Shown here in pieces: positions 28,331-36,132 of a DNA stretch of 64,000 nucleotides (the stretch's first letter is position 1; each line of letters begins with the position of its first letter). The translations under genes and the position numbers were made by a program. The notes beneath the pieces are model-generated. The model was not told the DNA's origin. It saw only the letters and a program-made list of their open reading frames with translations, and made no database searches. Source of the DNA: Bacillota bacterium. Its GTDB lineage: Bacteria > Bacillota > Clostridia > Christensenellales > DTU072. The stretch covers positions 6,768-70,767 of the forward strand of contig WQYD01000004.1 of NCBI GenBank assembly GCA_009781445.1, in the 5' to 3' direction.

Positions 28331-28634
28331 GCCGTGGGTTTTACCCGCGGTTATGCAAATACTGCCCTCTGCGGGGCAGTTACGGATTGATTTAGAGTTA
28401 GCGTTTGGGATTTTGTGCTGTGCCGTGGGTTTCACCCACGGTTATGCAAATACTGCCCGCTACGGGGCAGATAAGGGATTGGGGTAAAGGTTAACCCAAG
28501 ATTGGGGCTTTAGGGCTTTGGGCTTCGCCGTGGGTTTTACCCAAGGCTCAAGCAAATTCTGCCCCTTTGGGGCAGTTGAGGATTAAACTATCCAATAATG
28601 AGATTTAGAATCCTCAATTCTGCATTCTGAATTA
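28331..28634. repeat. Three tandem copies (starts 28331, 28422, 28527) of a two-hairpin unit GCCGTGGGTTTYACCCRCGGTTATGCAAATACTGCCC...GGGGCAG, ending in the common core (28597) and an (ATTCTGC) arm
   Basis: Read directly. An inverted homolog lies at 49667-49743. Confidence 0.8.
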
Positions 28635-28719
28635 GTCCAAATCTGTATTGAATAATGCACCGTTCTGCATTCAGCGCGCGTGGGCGAAGTGCAAACAAAG
28701 CGAAGTAGGTTTATTTGGG

Positions 28720-29970
28720 CTAAAAACAAAGCTTTTCAAGGGCTTTTTGGTAGATTTCTTGCAGTTTTTTGAAGTTTCCAAGGGAAATGTTTTCGTCTTT
28801 GGCGTGGACTGTGGACGGTTCGCTTGGGAAAACGGGCCCGAAGGATACGCCAAGTGGCAGGACGCGCGCGTAAGTTGCGCCACCGATGGCAAGAGGGGTT
28901 GAGGCGGTGTCGCCCGTTACTTCGCTATAAGCGGACAAAAGCCCAAGAACAAGAGGGTGATTGGGGGGAACATATAGGGGCGGATTGTGTGCGCCCTCGC
29001 TGACGGTGCAAAAGGGCAGGGCTTCTGCAAGGCGCGCCGTTATTTCTTCTTTTTTGAATGAAACCGGGTAGCGAATATCTGTTTTTATGGTAATAGTGCC
29101 GTTTTCGGCGGAAATTACACCAAGATTTATGGTTAGCGCGCCACTTTTGCTATCGCTTAGCTTAAGATTGACGCCTTCGCCGTCTGAATTCTTTAAAGCG
29201 GAATGTAGTTTAGTTAAGTTTTCGGCTTTTTCTTCGCTAATCAATGAGGAAAGCAACTTAATTATTGCGTTTTCGCCCTCTTTAGGACGGCTACCGTGGG
29301 CGGATTTTCCGCGCGCTTCTATAGTTTTACCGCATTTTAGCGTTGCAGTCGCATAGTCGGGTACGATATTTGCCTGTTCGCCACCGCTGATATCGCGGAT
29401 TTCGGGGGGTAGGGGGAAGGATATTTTGTGGCGCAGAACGCCTTTTTCGCAATTTATTACAGGGAAATCCGAATCGGGCGAAAAGCCTAATTGTGGCATT
29501 TCTTCGGTTTCTTTGTACCGATCCATGCACTTCCAACCGCTTTCTTCATTGCAACCAAGGATAAACCTTAGGCGCATTTTGGGCTTTTTGCCACCGGCAA
29601 GAATGCGCGCCACGGCGTAAATAACTGCCACAAGAGGCCCTTTGTCGTCCTCTGCACCGCGTGCGTAAATTCTGCCGTTGTGAATCTCTGCGCCGAACGG
29701 CGGATATGTCCAACCAACCCCCGCAGGCACAGTGTCAAGGTGTGCAAGAACCCCGAACAATTCGCCCTCGCCGATTTCAGCCCAACCGCAATAGTTGTCT
29801 ATATTCTTTGTTTTAAATCCGAACCCCTTAAGCAAGTCAAGCGTGAAGTTAAGCGCGGTAGCGTTGCCCTCGCCGAACGGCATTCCTTCAAGCGGGGGCA
29901 CGGAAGAGGTGTCTATCATTAATAGCTTTCTTAGCGCGGTTACTGAGGCTTCGTAATTCGTGTTTTCCAT
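28720..29970 (-). CDS. M20-family dipeptidase (PepV/Sapep-like)
   Basis: GVLAHLDTVPAG, ARGAEDDKGPLVAV and NEESGWK motifs of M20 metallopeptidases; 416 aa. Confidence 0.85.
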   Translation of the reverse strand: MENTNYEASVTALRKLLMIDTSSVPPLEGMPFGEGNATALNFTLDLLKGFGFKTKNIDNYCGWAEIGEGELFGVLAHLDTVPAGVGWTYPPFGAEIHNGRIYARGAEDDKGPLVAVIYAVARILAGGKKPKMRLRFILGCNEESGWKCMDRYKETEEMPQLGFSPDSDFPVINCEKGVLRHKISFPLPPEIRDISGGEQANIVPDYATATLKCGKTIEARGKSAHGSRPKEGENAIIKLLSSLISEEKAENLTKLHSALKNSDGEGVNLKLSDSKSGALTINLGVISAENGTITIKTDIRYPVSFKKEEITARLAEALPFCTVSEGAHNPPLYVPPNHPLVLGLLSAYSEVTGDTASTPLAIGGATYARVLPLGVSFGPVFPSEPSTVHAKDENISLGNFKKLQEIYQKALEKLCF

Positions 29971-30306
29971 ACCATTATTGTATTACTTTTAGACAATTTT
30001 TGCTAACATATTTTTGAATTTCAAGCAATAAGTTTTAAGGAAGCAATGAATAAATAGCACGAACGATTATGAGTAGATTTTGGAAAGACAAATTTGGCAA
30101 TTTTTGACCCAAGGGCGTAGCTGGGCTACGCTTAAGGGGCGGGAATTGACGGATTTGTTCCAAAAGATACCATAAGTTTCGGGCAGTCGCAAAGCGAAGG
30201 TATTTATTCAGTGATTCCTCAATAAGCAATGTGATAGCGGATACCAAAAACCACCCTAAATCACTATCCGAAGTCAGAAATTCTGTAGCCAAAGAAACAA
30301 ACGCAT

Positions 30307-30347
30307 TGTGGATAACTATGTGGATAACTCATTATAAATGTGGATAA
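30307..30347. promoter_or_regulatory. Cluster of three perfect DnaA boxes (TGTGGATAA = complement of TTATCCACA) followed by an AT-rich stretch; candidate oriC or DnaA-regulatory site
   Basis: Boxes at 30307-30315, 30319-30327 and 30339-30347, all in the same orientation and each extended to TGTGGATAAC. AT-rich AATATGTAATATTTTGTAAAATTATGCAATTATGATA at ~30357-30395. Confidence 0.7.
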
Positions 30348-30474
30348 CTATGCGCGGAATATGTAATATTTTGTAAAATTATGCAATTATGATACCCAAA
30401 TGCGTAAAAATTTGGTGCAATTTGCCAGAAGTTTCGCAGTGTGGAATGCTGTTGCTTGTGCAACGGGGCTTAAT

Positions 30475-30632
30475 CAGCGCACAATGCACAGCGCACAATG
30501 AAGGATTCTAAATCTCACTCAAGAGTAATGACGACTTACGACTTACGATTTACGAATGGTGGATTCTAAATCTCAGTATTAGTTAATTAATTCTGAATTA
30601 AACTATACCCTATGCCCTATGCCCTATACCCT
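30475..30632. repeat. Mosaic element: (CAGCGCA)n, core 30503, (ACGACTT)n, core 30561, (AATTCTG), (CCCTATG)n
   Basis: Read directly. Confidence 0.85.
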
Positions 30633-30637
30633 TAAAT

Positions 30638-31327
30638 ATGTTTTTAATTATTCGTAAAAAATTCCTAATTCTTGCCCTCGTGGTGATACTTGCCCTCGGA
30701 ATAGCAGGGGGGACGGCTTTGGCTGTGGTTTCGTGGACAGTGCCGAAGGACGGCATAACCGTGGTTCTGGACGCAGGGCATGGCGGACGGGACGGCGGTG
30801 TTATCGGCGTAAACAGCAGGGCGAAGGAATCCGATATTAATCTTGAAATTGTGAAAATTTTGAAGGGAATGCTTGAGAGGCTGAACTATAATGTGGTGCT
30901 GACAAGGGAAACAGAGGACGATCTCGGCGCAAACAAATCAAAGGATATGTCCGCAAGAAAAAACATAATTCTTAACGCAAAGCCTCACCTTGTGGTTTCT
31001 GTGCATTGCAATAAATTTCCTGATAAAAACCGCAGAGGGGCGCAGGTGTTTTTTGACACATTTTCCGAACGGGGCGCAAGCCTTGCAAAGCTGATTCAAA
31101 CGAACCTCAACGCGGTGAACACGGCGCAGAACGGGCGCAGTTTTAACGCACTTCGCGGTGATTATTATATTTTGAAGTGTAGCCCCTTTCCATCGGCGAT
31201 AGTTGAATGCGGATTTTTATCTAACCCTGAGGACGATAAACTTTTAAATACTCACGCTTACCGCGTGGAAATTGCTGAGGGGATAGCGCGTGGCATTCAA
31301 GCATTTCTACTGAATGTGCAGGCTTAG
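30638..31327 (+). CDS. N-acetylmuramoyl-L-alanine amidase (Amidase_3; CwlD-like, membrane-anchored)
   Basis: N-terminal TM helix. VVLDAGHGGRDGG, VVSVHCN and ECGFLSN motifs. Confidence 0.85.
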   Translation: MFLIIRKKFLILALVVILALGIAGGTALAVVSWTVPKDGITVVLDAGHGGRDGGVIGVNSRAKESDINLEIVKILKGMLERLNYNVVLTRETEDDLGANKSKDMSARKNIILNAKPHLVVSVHCNKFPDKNRRGAQVFFDTFSERGASLAKLIQTNLNAVNTAQNGRSFNALRGDYYILKCSPFPSAIVECGFLSNPEDDKLLNTHAYRVEIAEGIARGIQAFLLNVQA

Positions 31328-31487
31328 CCACGCTGATGCTGTGTCAAGCCGATTTTGCCTGCGGGTCATGTACGCTTAAGTACACTCCCCTTGTCAAAAA
31401 CTTCTTTCCTTGCCTGAGCGTGGCTAAGCCTGCACATTATCAACAATTTAGTTGTGTTTTTATTGCGCCCATTTGTATTAATTTTAA

Positions 31488-31517
31488 TTGACTTTAACAA
31501 TTTAAATCCTGTATACT
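31488..31517 (+). promoter_or_regulatory. Sigma-A-type promoter upstream of rpmH
   Basis: TTGACT (31488-31493), an 18-nt spacer, then TATACT (31512-31517). Confidence 0.45.
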
Positions 31518-31565
31518 CTATAAGCTATTAAATATTAAATAATATAAGGGGCTTAGAGTTTTTAA

Positions 31566-31700
31566 ATGAAAAGAACATATCAACCAAAAAAACGCCAAAG
31601 AAGCAAGGTTCACGGCTTTCGCCAAAGAATGAAAACAAAGAACGGCAGAGCTGTTATTTCCCGCAGAAGAAGAAGGGGCAGGGCGAAGCTAACGGCGTAA
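31566..31700 (+). CDS. rpmH: 50S ribosomal protein L34 (44 aa; below the ORF-track cutoff)
   Basis: Hand translation gives [44 protein letters not shown]. Confidence 0.95.
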   Translation: MKRTYQPKKRQRSKVHGFRQRMKTKNGRAVISRRRRRGRAKLTA

Positions 31701-31704
31701 CCCT

Positions 31705-32034
31705 ATGAAAAAGGCGAACAGGCTAACTAATAACGCAAGCTTTAGCTACATTTATAAGCACGGCAAAGCGGTTCACGGCGCGGTTTTGGCGGTTCACTTT
31801 GTGGTGGCAGGTTCAATTAAAGTTGGCATAAGCGTTTCCAAAAAAATAGGAAAAAGCGTTATCCGCAGTAAGGTTAAAAGGCGCATAAAGGAAAGTTTCC
31901 GCCACATTATCCCTTTGCTTTCGGCAAAATGCAATTATGTGGTTTCCGCAAAGGAAGGTATCGCCGAAAAGGATTTTGCCTATATTGATAAAGAATTGAG
32001 GGCATTGCTGAAGAGGGTGAAACATTTAGATTAA
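31705..32034 (+). CDS. rnpA: Ribonuclease P protein component
   Basis: 109 aa, basic, immediately after rpmH. Has the typical N-terminal KKANRLTNNASFSYIYKHG. Confidence 0.9.
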   Translation: MKKANRLTNNASFSYIYKHGKAVHGAVLAVHFVVAGSIKVGISVSKKIGKSVIRSKVKRRIKESFRHIIPLLSAKCNYVVSAKEGIAEKDFAYIDKELRALLKRVKHLD

Positions 32035-32130
32035 TTCAGAATTAAGAATTCAGAATGCAGAATTAAGGATTTATTTATAATGAGATTTAGAATCCTTCCC
32101 TATGCCCTATGCCCTATAACCTATGCCCTC
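32034..32130. repeat. Mosaic element: (ATTCAGA)n, core 32079, (CCCTATG)n
   Basis: Read directly; it sits inside the rnpA-yidD operon gap. Confidence 0.85.
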
Positions 32131-32139
32131 AAATAAATC

Positions 32140-32385
32140 GTGTTCAAATATATTGCAAAACTTCTGATTATCGGTTATAAGAAAACGCTTTCACGCGTTG
32201 TGGGGAACAGTTGCGCATATACGCCCACTTGTTCCATGTACACCTATGACGCAATAAGCAAGTACGGTGCATTCGCAGGGATACTTATGGGCGCAAAGAG
32301 GATCATTAGTTGCCACCCCCGTGCAAAGGGCGGGTTTCACCCCGTAAAAGAAAATTTTAAAGGACAAGCGAAATGGGTTTTATAA
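32140..32385 (+). CDS. yidD: Membrane protein insertion efficiency factor YidD
   Basis: CAYTPTCSMYTYDAISKYG...CHPRAKGGFHPV signature. Confidence 0.9.
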   Translation: MFKYIAKLLIIGYKKTLSRVVGNSCAYTPTCSMYTYDAISKYGAFAGILMGAKRIISCHPRAKGGFHPVKENFKGQAKWVL

Positions 32386-33410
32386 TTTCCGCCACGCCGT
32401 CACTTAATTGGATCGGCAGGTTAATTTACAACAATTTATATCTCGGCTGGATAAATAACTGGGCAGGCGGAAGCACGCTTATCGGCGGTTTTGCCGTTAC
32501 GGTTATCTTTTTCACATTGTTTTTGAAAATCGCCACGCTTCCGCTTGATTTATGGCAGAAGTCCATGGGGCGCAAAAATCAAAAAAAGATGGAAATAATG
32601 AAGCCTGAACTTGACAAGCTGAACAAGCAATATGCTCAAGATAAGCAAACGCTTATGATGAAACAACGGCAGGTTCACAAGAAATATAAGTACAGTGCTT
32701 TCGGTGCGTGCTTGCCTGCAATTGTTACCATGGGAATATTTATTGTGGTTTTCACAGGGTTTAACAGTGCGGTAAGGTTTCATAATTTTAAGGAATACGA
32801 AAGGCTTGATGAAGGCTATCACACCGCTTACGCAGTGTCTTACGAAGAATCTAAGAACAGCGCAGAGGCAACTAAAGACGCGGAAAAGTGGGTTAAGGAC
32901 AACTTTAAGCCCGAAGGCTTTTTATTAACCACAAATATTTTTATGCCCGACACTTGGGCAAAAGCAATCCCCACTGCTTCGGATTTCAGCGGTTCGGGAA
33001 TCGGCAAACTTGGAATCACCGTGGATAGAACGCGCTATGAAAAAGTTATGAAACCGCTGTTTGAAGAATATAACAGCGGGGGCAAATGGAACGGCAGGTT
33101 AATTTTGCCGATATTTGCTTTCTTGCTTTCTATAGTTTCCGCAAAATTCGTAAAACCGCCCGAAATGCCCCAAATGGCAGGGCAATCCGCCGAACAGCAA
33201 AAGGCAAGCAAAGCGCAACAAAAGTTTATGGGGTATTTAATGCCCGTAATGTTTGGCGCGTTTACGCTGTTTTATAGTTCCGCTTTCGCTATTTATATGG
33301 TAATGAGTAACCTCTTTGCCACCGTCCTCGGCGTTTCTTATAACATAATAACCAAAAAGATAGACGCAAGGGAAAAGGACGCAAGGCTGTCAAACACGAT
33401 AAAAAGATAA
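32373..33410 (+). CDS. yidC: YidC/Oxa1-family membrane protein insertase
   Basis: Position after yidD. TM pattern, PLDLWQ, KYKYSAFGACLPAIVTMGIFI, and a basic C-terminus. Confidence 0.9.
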   Translation: MGFIISATPSLNWIGRLIYNNLYLGWINNWAGGSTLIGGFAVTVIFFTLFLKIATLPLDLWQKSMGRKNQKKMEIMKPELDKLNKQYAQDKQTLMMKQRQVHKKYKYSAFGACLPAIVTMGIFIVVFTGFNSAVRFHNFKEYERLDEGYHTAYAVSYEESKNSAEATKDAEKWVKDNFKPEGFLLTTNIFMPDTWAKAIPTASDFSGSGIGKLGITVDRTRYEKVMKPLFEEYNSGGKWNGRLILPIFAFLLSIVSAKFVKPPEMPQMAGQSAEQQKASKAQQKFMGYLMPVMFGAFTLFYSSAFAIYMVMSNLFATVLGVSYNIITKKIDAREKDARLSNTIKR

Positions 33411-33437
33411 TAATATTATATAAGTTTAGGAGAATTT

Positions 33438-34451
33438 ATGCCCGAATATAAAGGTTCAACAACAGAAGAAGCAAAGAAAAAAGGACTTTCCGCCCTCGGA
33501 ATAACCGAAAGCGAGGCGGATATTGAAATCACAAGCTACGGCGGGCTTTTATCAAAAGCCTCGGTTTTAATCACACCCAAGGCAGGCGCGAACGCGGTGG
33601 AAGTAAGCAAAAAAGCGGAAAGCAAAGAAGAAAGCCCCGAAAGCGCACAAGAAAAGCCCCGTGCAAAAAAGCGCGCAAGCGAACCAAAAGAAGCGGACAG
33701 TGCTGAGGAAAATTCGGATTCAGAAGAAAAGCGCGTATTCCCCACGGAAGTTCTTGAAAAGGTGGGCGGTGAGGCACTTGAGTTTTTAAGGGAAGTTCTT
33801 TGCAAAATGTATATGTCGCATTGCGATACCGAATTCAAGATTAAGGACGGCGAAATTTTGCTTGAGATTTCGGGGGATGACGCAGGTTCTCTTATCGGAC
33901 ACAGGGGCGAAACGCTTGACGCGATAAGGCACATTGTGTCCACCGTAACCACAAACGGCGAAAAAACCATGCCCCGCGTGCAGGTGGACGCGGCGCGCTA
34001 CCGTGAACGCAGGGTGGAAACTCTTACCGCACTTGCTAACAGAATGGCGCGCAAGGCGGCAAGTAGCAGAACCTCTGTGGAACTTGAACCTATGAACCCT
34101 TACGACAGGCGCACAATCCATTCCGCACTCACAGAGGACAGATTCGTGAAAACCGAATCCCGCGGTGAGGGAAAATTCCGCCATGTGGTGATAATCCCTG
34201 TGGATAGGGGCGGAAGAAACAGAGATCGCGGGGGCAGAAGAGATAACAGGGAAAGGGATAGGGATAACCGCGAGGGCGGTTTCCGTTCGGAATACACACC
34301 TAAATCTGATTTCGCGCCCAAAAGAGATACCGTTAGCGAGAATATTAACAACGAATCCGCGCCGAGAGAAATCACTTACGGTTCTTCCGATTTTTCCAAA
34401 AGAGGCCCGAATAAGATCAGAAGTTTCGGGCAAAAAGGAAGAAAGTTTTAA
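33438..34451 (+). CDS. jag: Jag/KhpB RNA-binding protein (Jag_N, KH, R3H) with an unusually long Arg/Gly/Asp-rich C-terminal tail
   Basis: Synteny after yidC. R3H region YDRRTIHSALTEDRFVKTESRGEGKFRHVVI. Tail RGGRNRDRGGRRDNRERDRDNREGGFR. Confidence 0.9.
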   Translation: MPEYKGSTTEEAKKKGLSALGITESEADIEITSYGGLLSKASVLITPKAGANAVEVSKKAESKEESPESAQEKPRAKKRASEPKEADSAEENSDSEEKRVFPTEVLEKVGGEALEFLREVLCKMYMSHCDTEFKIKDGEILLEISGDDAGSLIGHRGETLDAIRHIVSTVTTNGEKTMPRVQVDAARYRERRVETLTALANRMARKAASSRTSVELEPMNPYDRRTIHSALTEDRFVKTESRGEGKFRHVVIIPVDRGGRNRDRGGRRDNRERDRDNREGGFRSEYTPKSDFAPKRDTVSENINNESAPREITYGSSDFSKRGPNKIRSFGQKGRKF

Positions 34452-34502
34452 TTACAGAACGCAATAAATCCCTGCGGGCTTTATTAAGTTAATCTCTTTT
34501 CC

Positions 34503-35843
34503 ATGCAAAAAAAGCCAAGAACACAAACGATAGTAGCTATTGCAACCCCTGCTTCGGCGGGGGCTATCGGCATTATACGGCTTTCGGGTGAAGATAGCCT
34601 TAAAATCGCGCTTAAGGTGTTTAGGGCAAAGGGTTTTGAAAGAGGTAAGATTGAACCAAGAAGAATGTATCTTGGGGAAATAAGCGCGCAAAACTTTAAG
34701 GATAAGGCATTTTGTGTGTTTTTTAAATCCCCCGAATCTTACACGGGCGAAGATATGGTTGAGTTTCATACGCACGGCGGAACAAGCGTCTTAAAAGGGG
34801 TTCTTCGCCTCATGTGCGACATTGGCGCGCGCCCTGCAACGGCAGGCGAATTTACAAAGCGCGCGTTTTTAAACGGCAAAATGACTCTTGCCGTGGCAGA
34901 GGGCATAGAGGACATGATTAACGCGGAAAGCGAAGCCGAAGCTATGCAGGCGTATAGGCTTCTTTCGGGCGAACTTGCAGGGGGAATTAAGGACACAATT
35001 TCCTTGCTTCTTGAAGCCGTAAGCACGGTGGACGCCTCGCTTGATTACCCTGAGGAACTTTTGGAAGATATGCGCGAACCTGTTAGGCAGTGCCTTTGCG
35101 AAGCAAAAAAGAACCTTGAAGAAACCCTTAAATCCTCTTTGGTTAACCGCCATTTAAAAGACGGGGTTACCGCGGTAATCGCAGGTTTAACCAATGTGGG
35201 CAAAAGTAGCCTTTTAAACGCGCTATTAAAAGAGGATAGGGCGATTGTAACGAATATCGCAGGGACGACAAGGGATACCCTTAAAGAAGCCCTTGAAATC
35301 GGCGGGGTTAAAATCAATATTCTTGACACCGCAGGGATAAGAAACAGTACAGACGAAATTGAAAAGGAAGGAATCGCGCGCGCTAAAAAAGCCTCACAGA
35401 GTGCGGATTTAGTGCTGTTTGTTACGGATTTATCCGCCCCCGAAACCCCCGAAGAATCCGCTTTTTTTGATTCTCTTAAGGGCAAAAAGATTATTAAAAT
35501 CGGCAACAAAGGCGATATTAAAAAGTACGAAAAAGGCGAAGATATTATTGTTGAAGCGCGCGCAGGCAAAAACATTTCCGCTTTAGTAGAACTTATCAAA
35601 AACGCACTTGAGGTATCCAAAAGCGGGGAATTGGTTATCTTAACGCGCGAAAGGCATATCAAGCTAACCGAAGAGGCCTTACTAAACATTTCGCTTTCTC
35701 TTAAAAACTTTAATAATCTTACCGCGGATTTATTGTCCTCTCAAATCAAAACCGCCCACAAACTTTTATCCCAAATCACAGGCACAGACGCAAGCGAAGA
35801 AATCGTGGATAAAATTTTTAGTAGTTTTTGTGTGGGGAAATAA
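34503..35843 (+). CDS. mnmE: tRNA modification GTPase MnmE
   Basis: TIVAIATP N-terminus, G1 GLTNVGKSSLLNAL, G3 DTAGIR, C-terminal CVGK. Confidence 0.95.
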   Translation: MQKKPRTQTIVAIATPASAGAIGIIRLSGEDSLKIALKVFRAKGFERGKIEPRRMYLGEISAQNFKDKAFCVFFKSPESYTGEDMVEFHTHGGTSVLKGVLRLMCDIGARPATAGEFTKRAFLNGKMTLAVAEGIEDMINAESEAEAMQAYRLLSGELAGGIKDTISLLLEAVSTVDASLDYPEELLEDMREPVRQCLCEAKKNLEETLKSSLVNRHLKDGVTAVIAGLTNVGKSSLLNALLKEDRAIVTNIAGTTRDTLKEALEIGGVKINILDTAGIRNSTDEIEKEGIARAKKASQSADLVLFVTDLSAPETPEESAFFDSLKGKKIIKIGNKGDIKKYEKGEDIIVEARAGKNISALVELIKNALEVSKSGELVILTRERHIKLTEEALLNISLSLKNFNNLTADLLSSQIKTAHKLLSQITGTDASEEIVDKIFSSFCVGK

Positions 35844-35847
35844 TAGA

Positions 35848-36070
35848 AAGGCCATAGGCCATAGGGCAAAGGCCATAGAGTTGGATTCTAAATATAATTA
35901 TTGATAAGGCAAAAGGCGTTGGGTGAAAAATAATAGGGCAAAGGCCATAGGGTTGGATTCTAAATATAATTATTGATAAGGCAAAAGGCGTTGGGTGAAA
36001 AATAATTCGGAAAGAAGGAAGTTTTAATAATAATTCCGCCCCTATCCCCTATGCCCTATGGCCTATGGCC
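35848..36070. repeat. Mosaic element with (GGCCATA)n arms and a 72-nt tandem duplication (35864-35935 and 35936-36005), each copy carrying a degenerate core GGATTCTAAATATAATT
   Basis: The two 72-nt copies differ at about one position. The outer arms GGCCATAGGCCATAGGGC / GCCCTATGGCCTATGGCC are inverted copies. Confidence 0.85.
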
Positions 36071-36132
36071 TTTTAAACACCTTTCCCTCAATTTTTCTTG
36101 AATTCTAATCTCACTTGTTATATACTTAAACT

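Noticed and set aside
24335-28487. Track ORFs inside the ORF-free region (for example 24727-25155, 25289-25726, 26792-27232, 26802-27197, 27340-27618)
   Set aside because: The translations are Cys/Arg/His/Phe-rich low-complexity strings and overlap each other on both strands. They are generated by hairpin repeats and palindromes (the MFHVKH peptide is the parS-like site). They lack RBSs and show no protein-like pattern.
28331-28590. Possible CRISPR array (regularly spaced ~50-nt repeats)
   Set aside because: There are only three units and they are imperfect (the third is clearly diverged). The repeats contain two hairpins, the spacers share sequence, there are no cas genes, and a single inverted copy exists at 49667-49743. 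It is treated as a tandem structured repeat.
30035-30292. 85-aa minus-strand ORF, or alternatively a housekeeping ncRNA (6S, tmRNA, SRP or RNase P RNA), in the gap left of the DnaA boxes
   Set aside because: The ORF has no RBS and an implausible composition. I found no RNase P (GAGGAAAGUCC), tmRNA tag or acceptor, or SRP motifs. A 6S-like RNA cannot be excluded or supported from sequence alone.
33536-35689. Long antisense ORFs (33786-34433, 215 aa; 35045-35689, 214 aa; also 38156-38686, 42448-42972 and 45622-46053)
   Set aside because: Each is fully contained, antisense, in a well-supported conserved gene (jag, mnmE, dnaN, the GlpA-like gene or the FGGY kinase). Their Ser/Arg/Leu-rich composition is typical of antisense frames.
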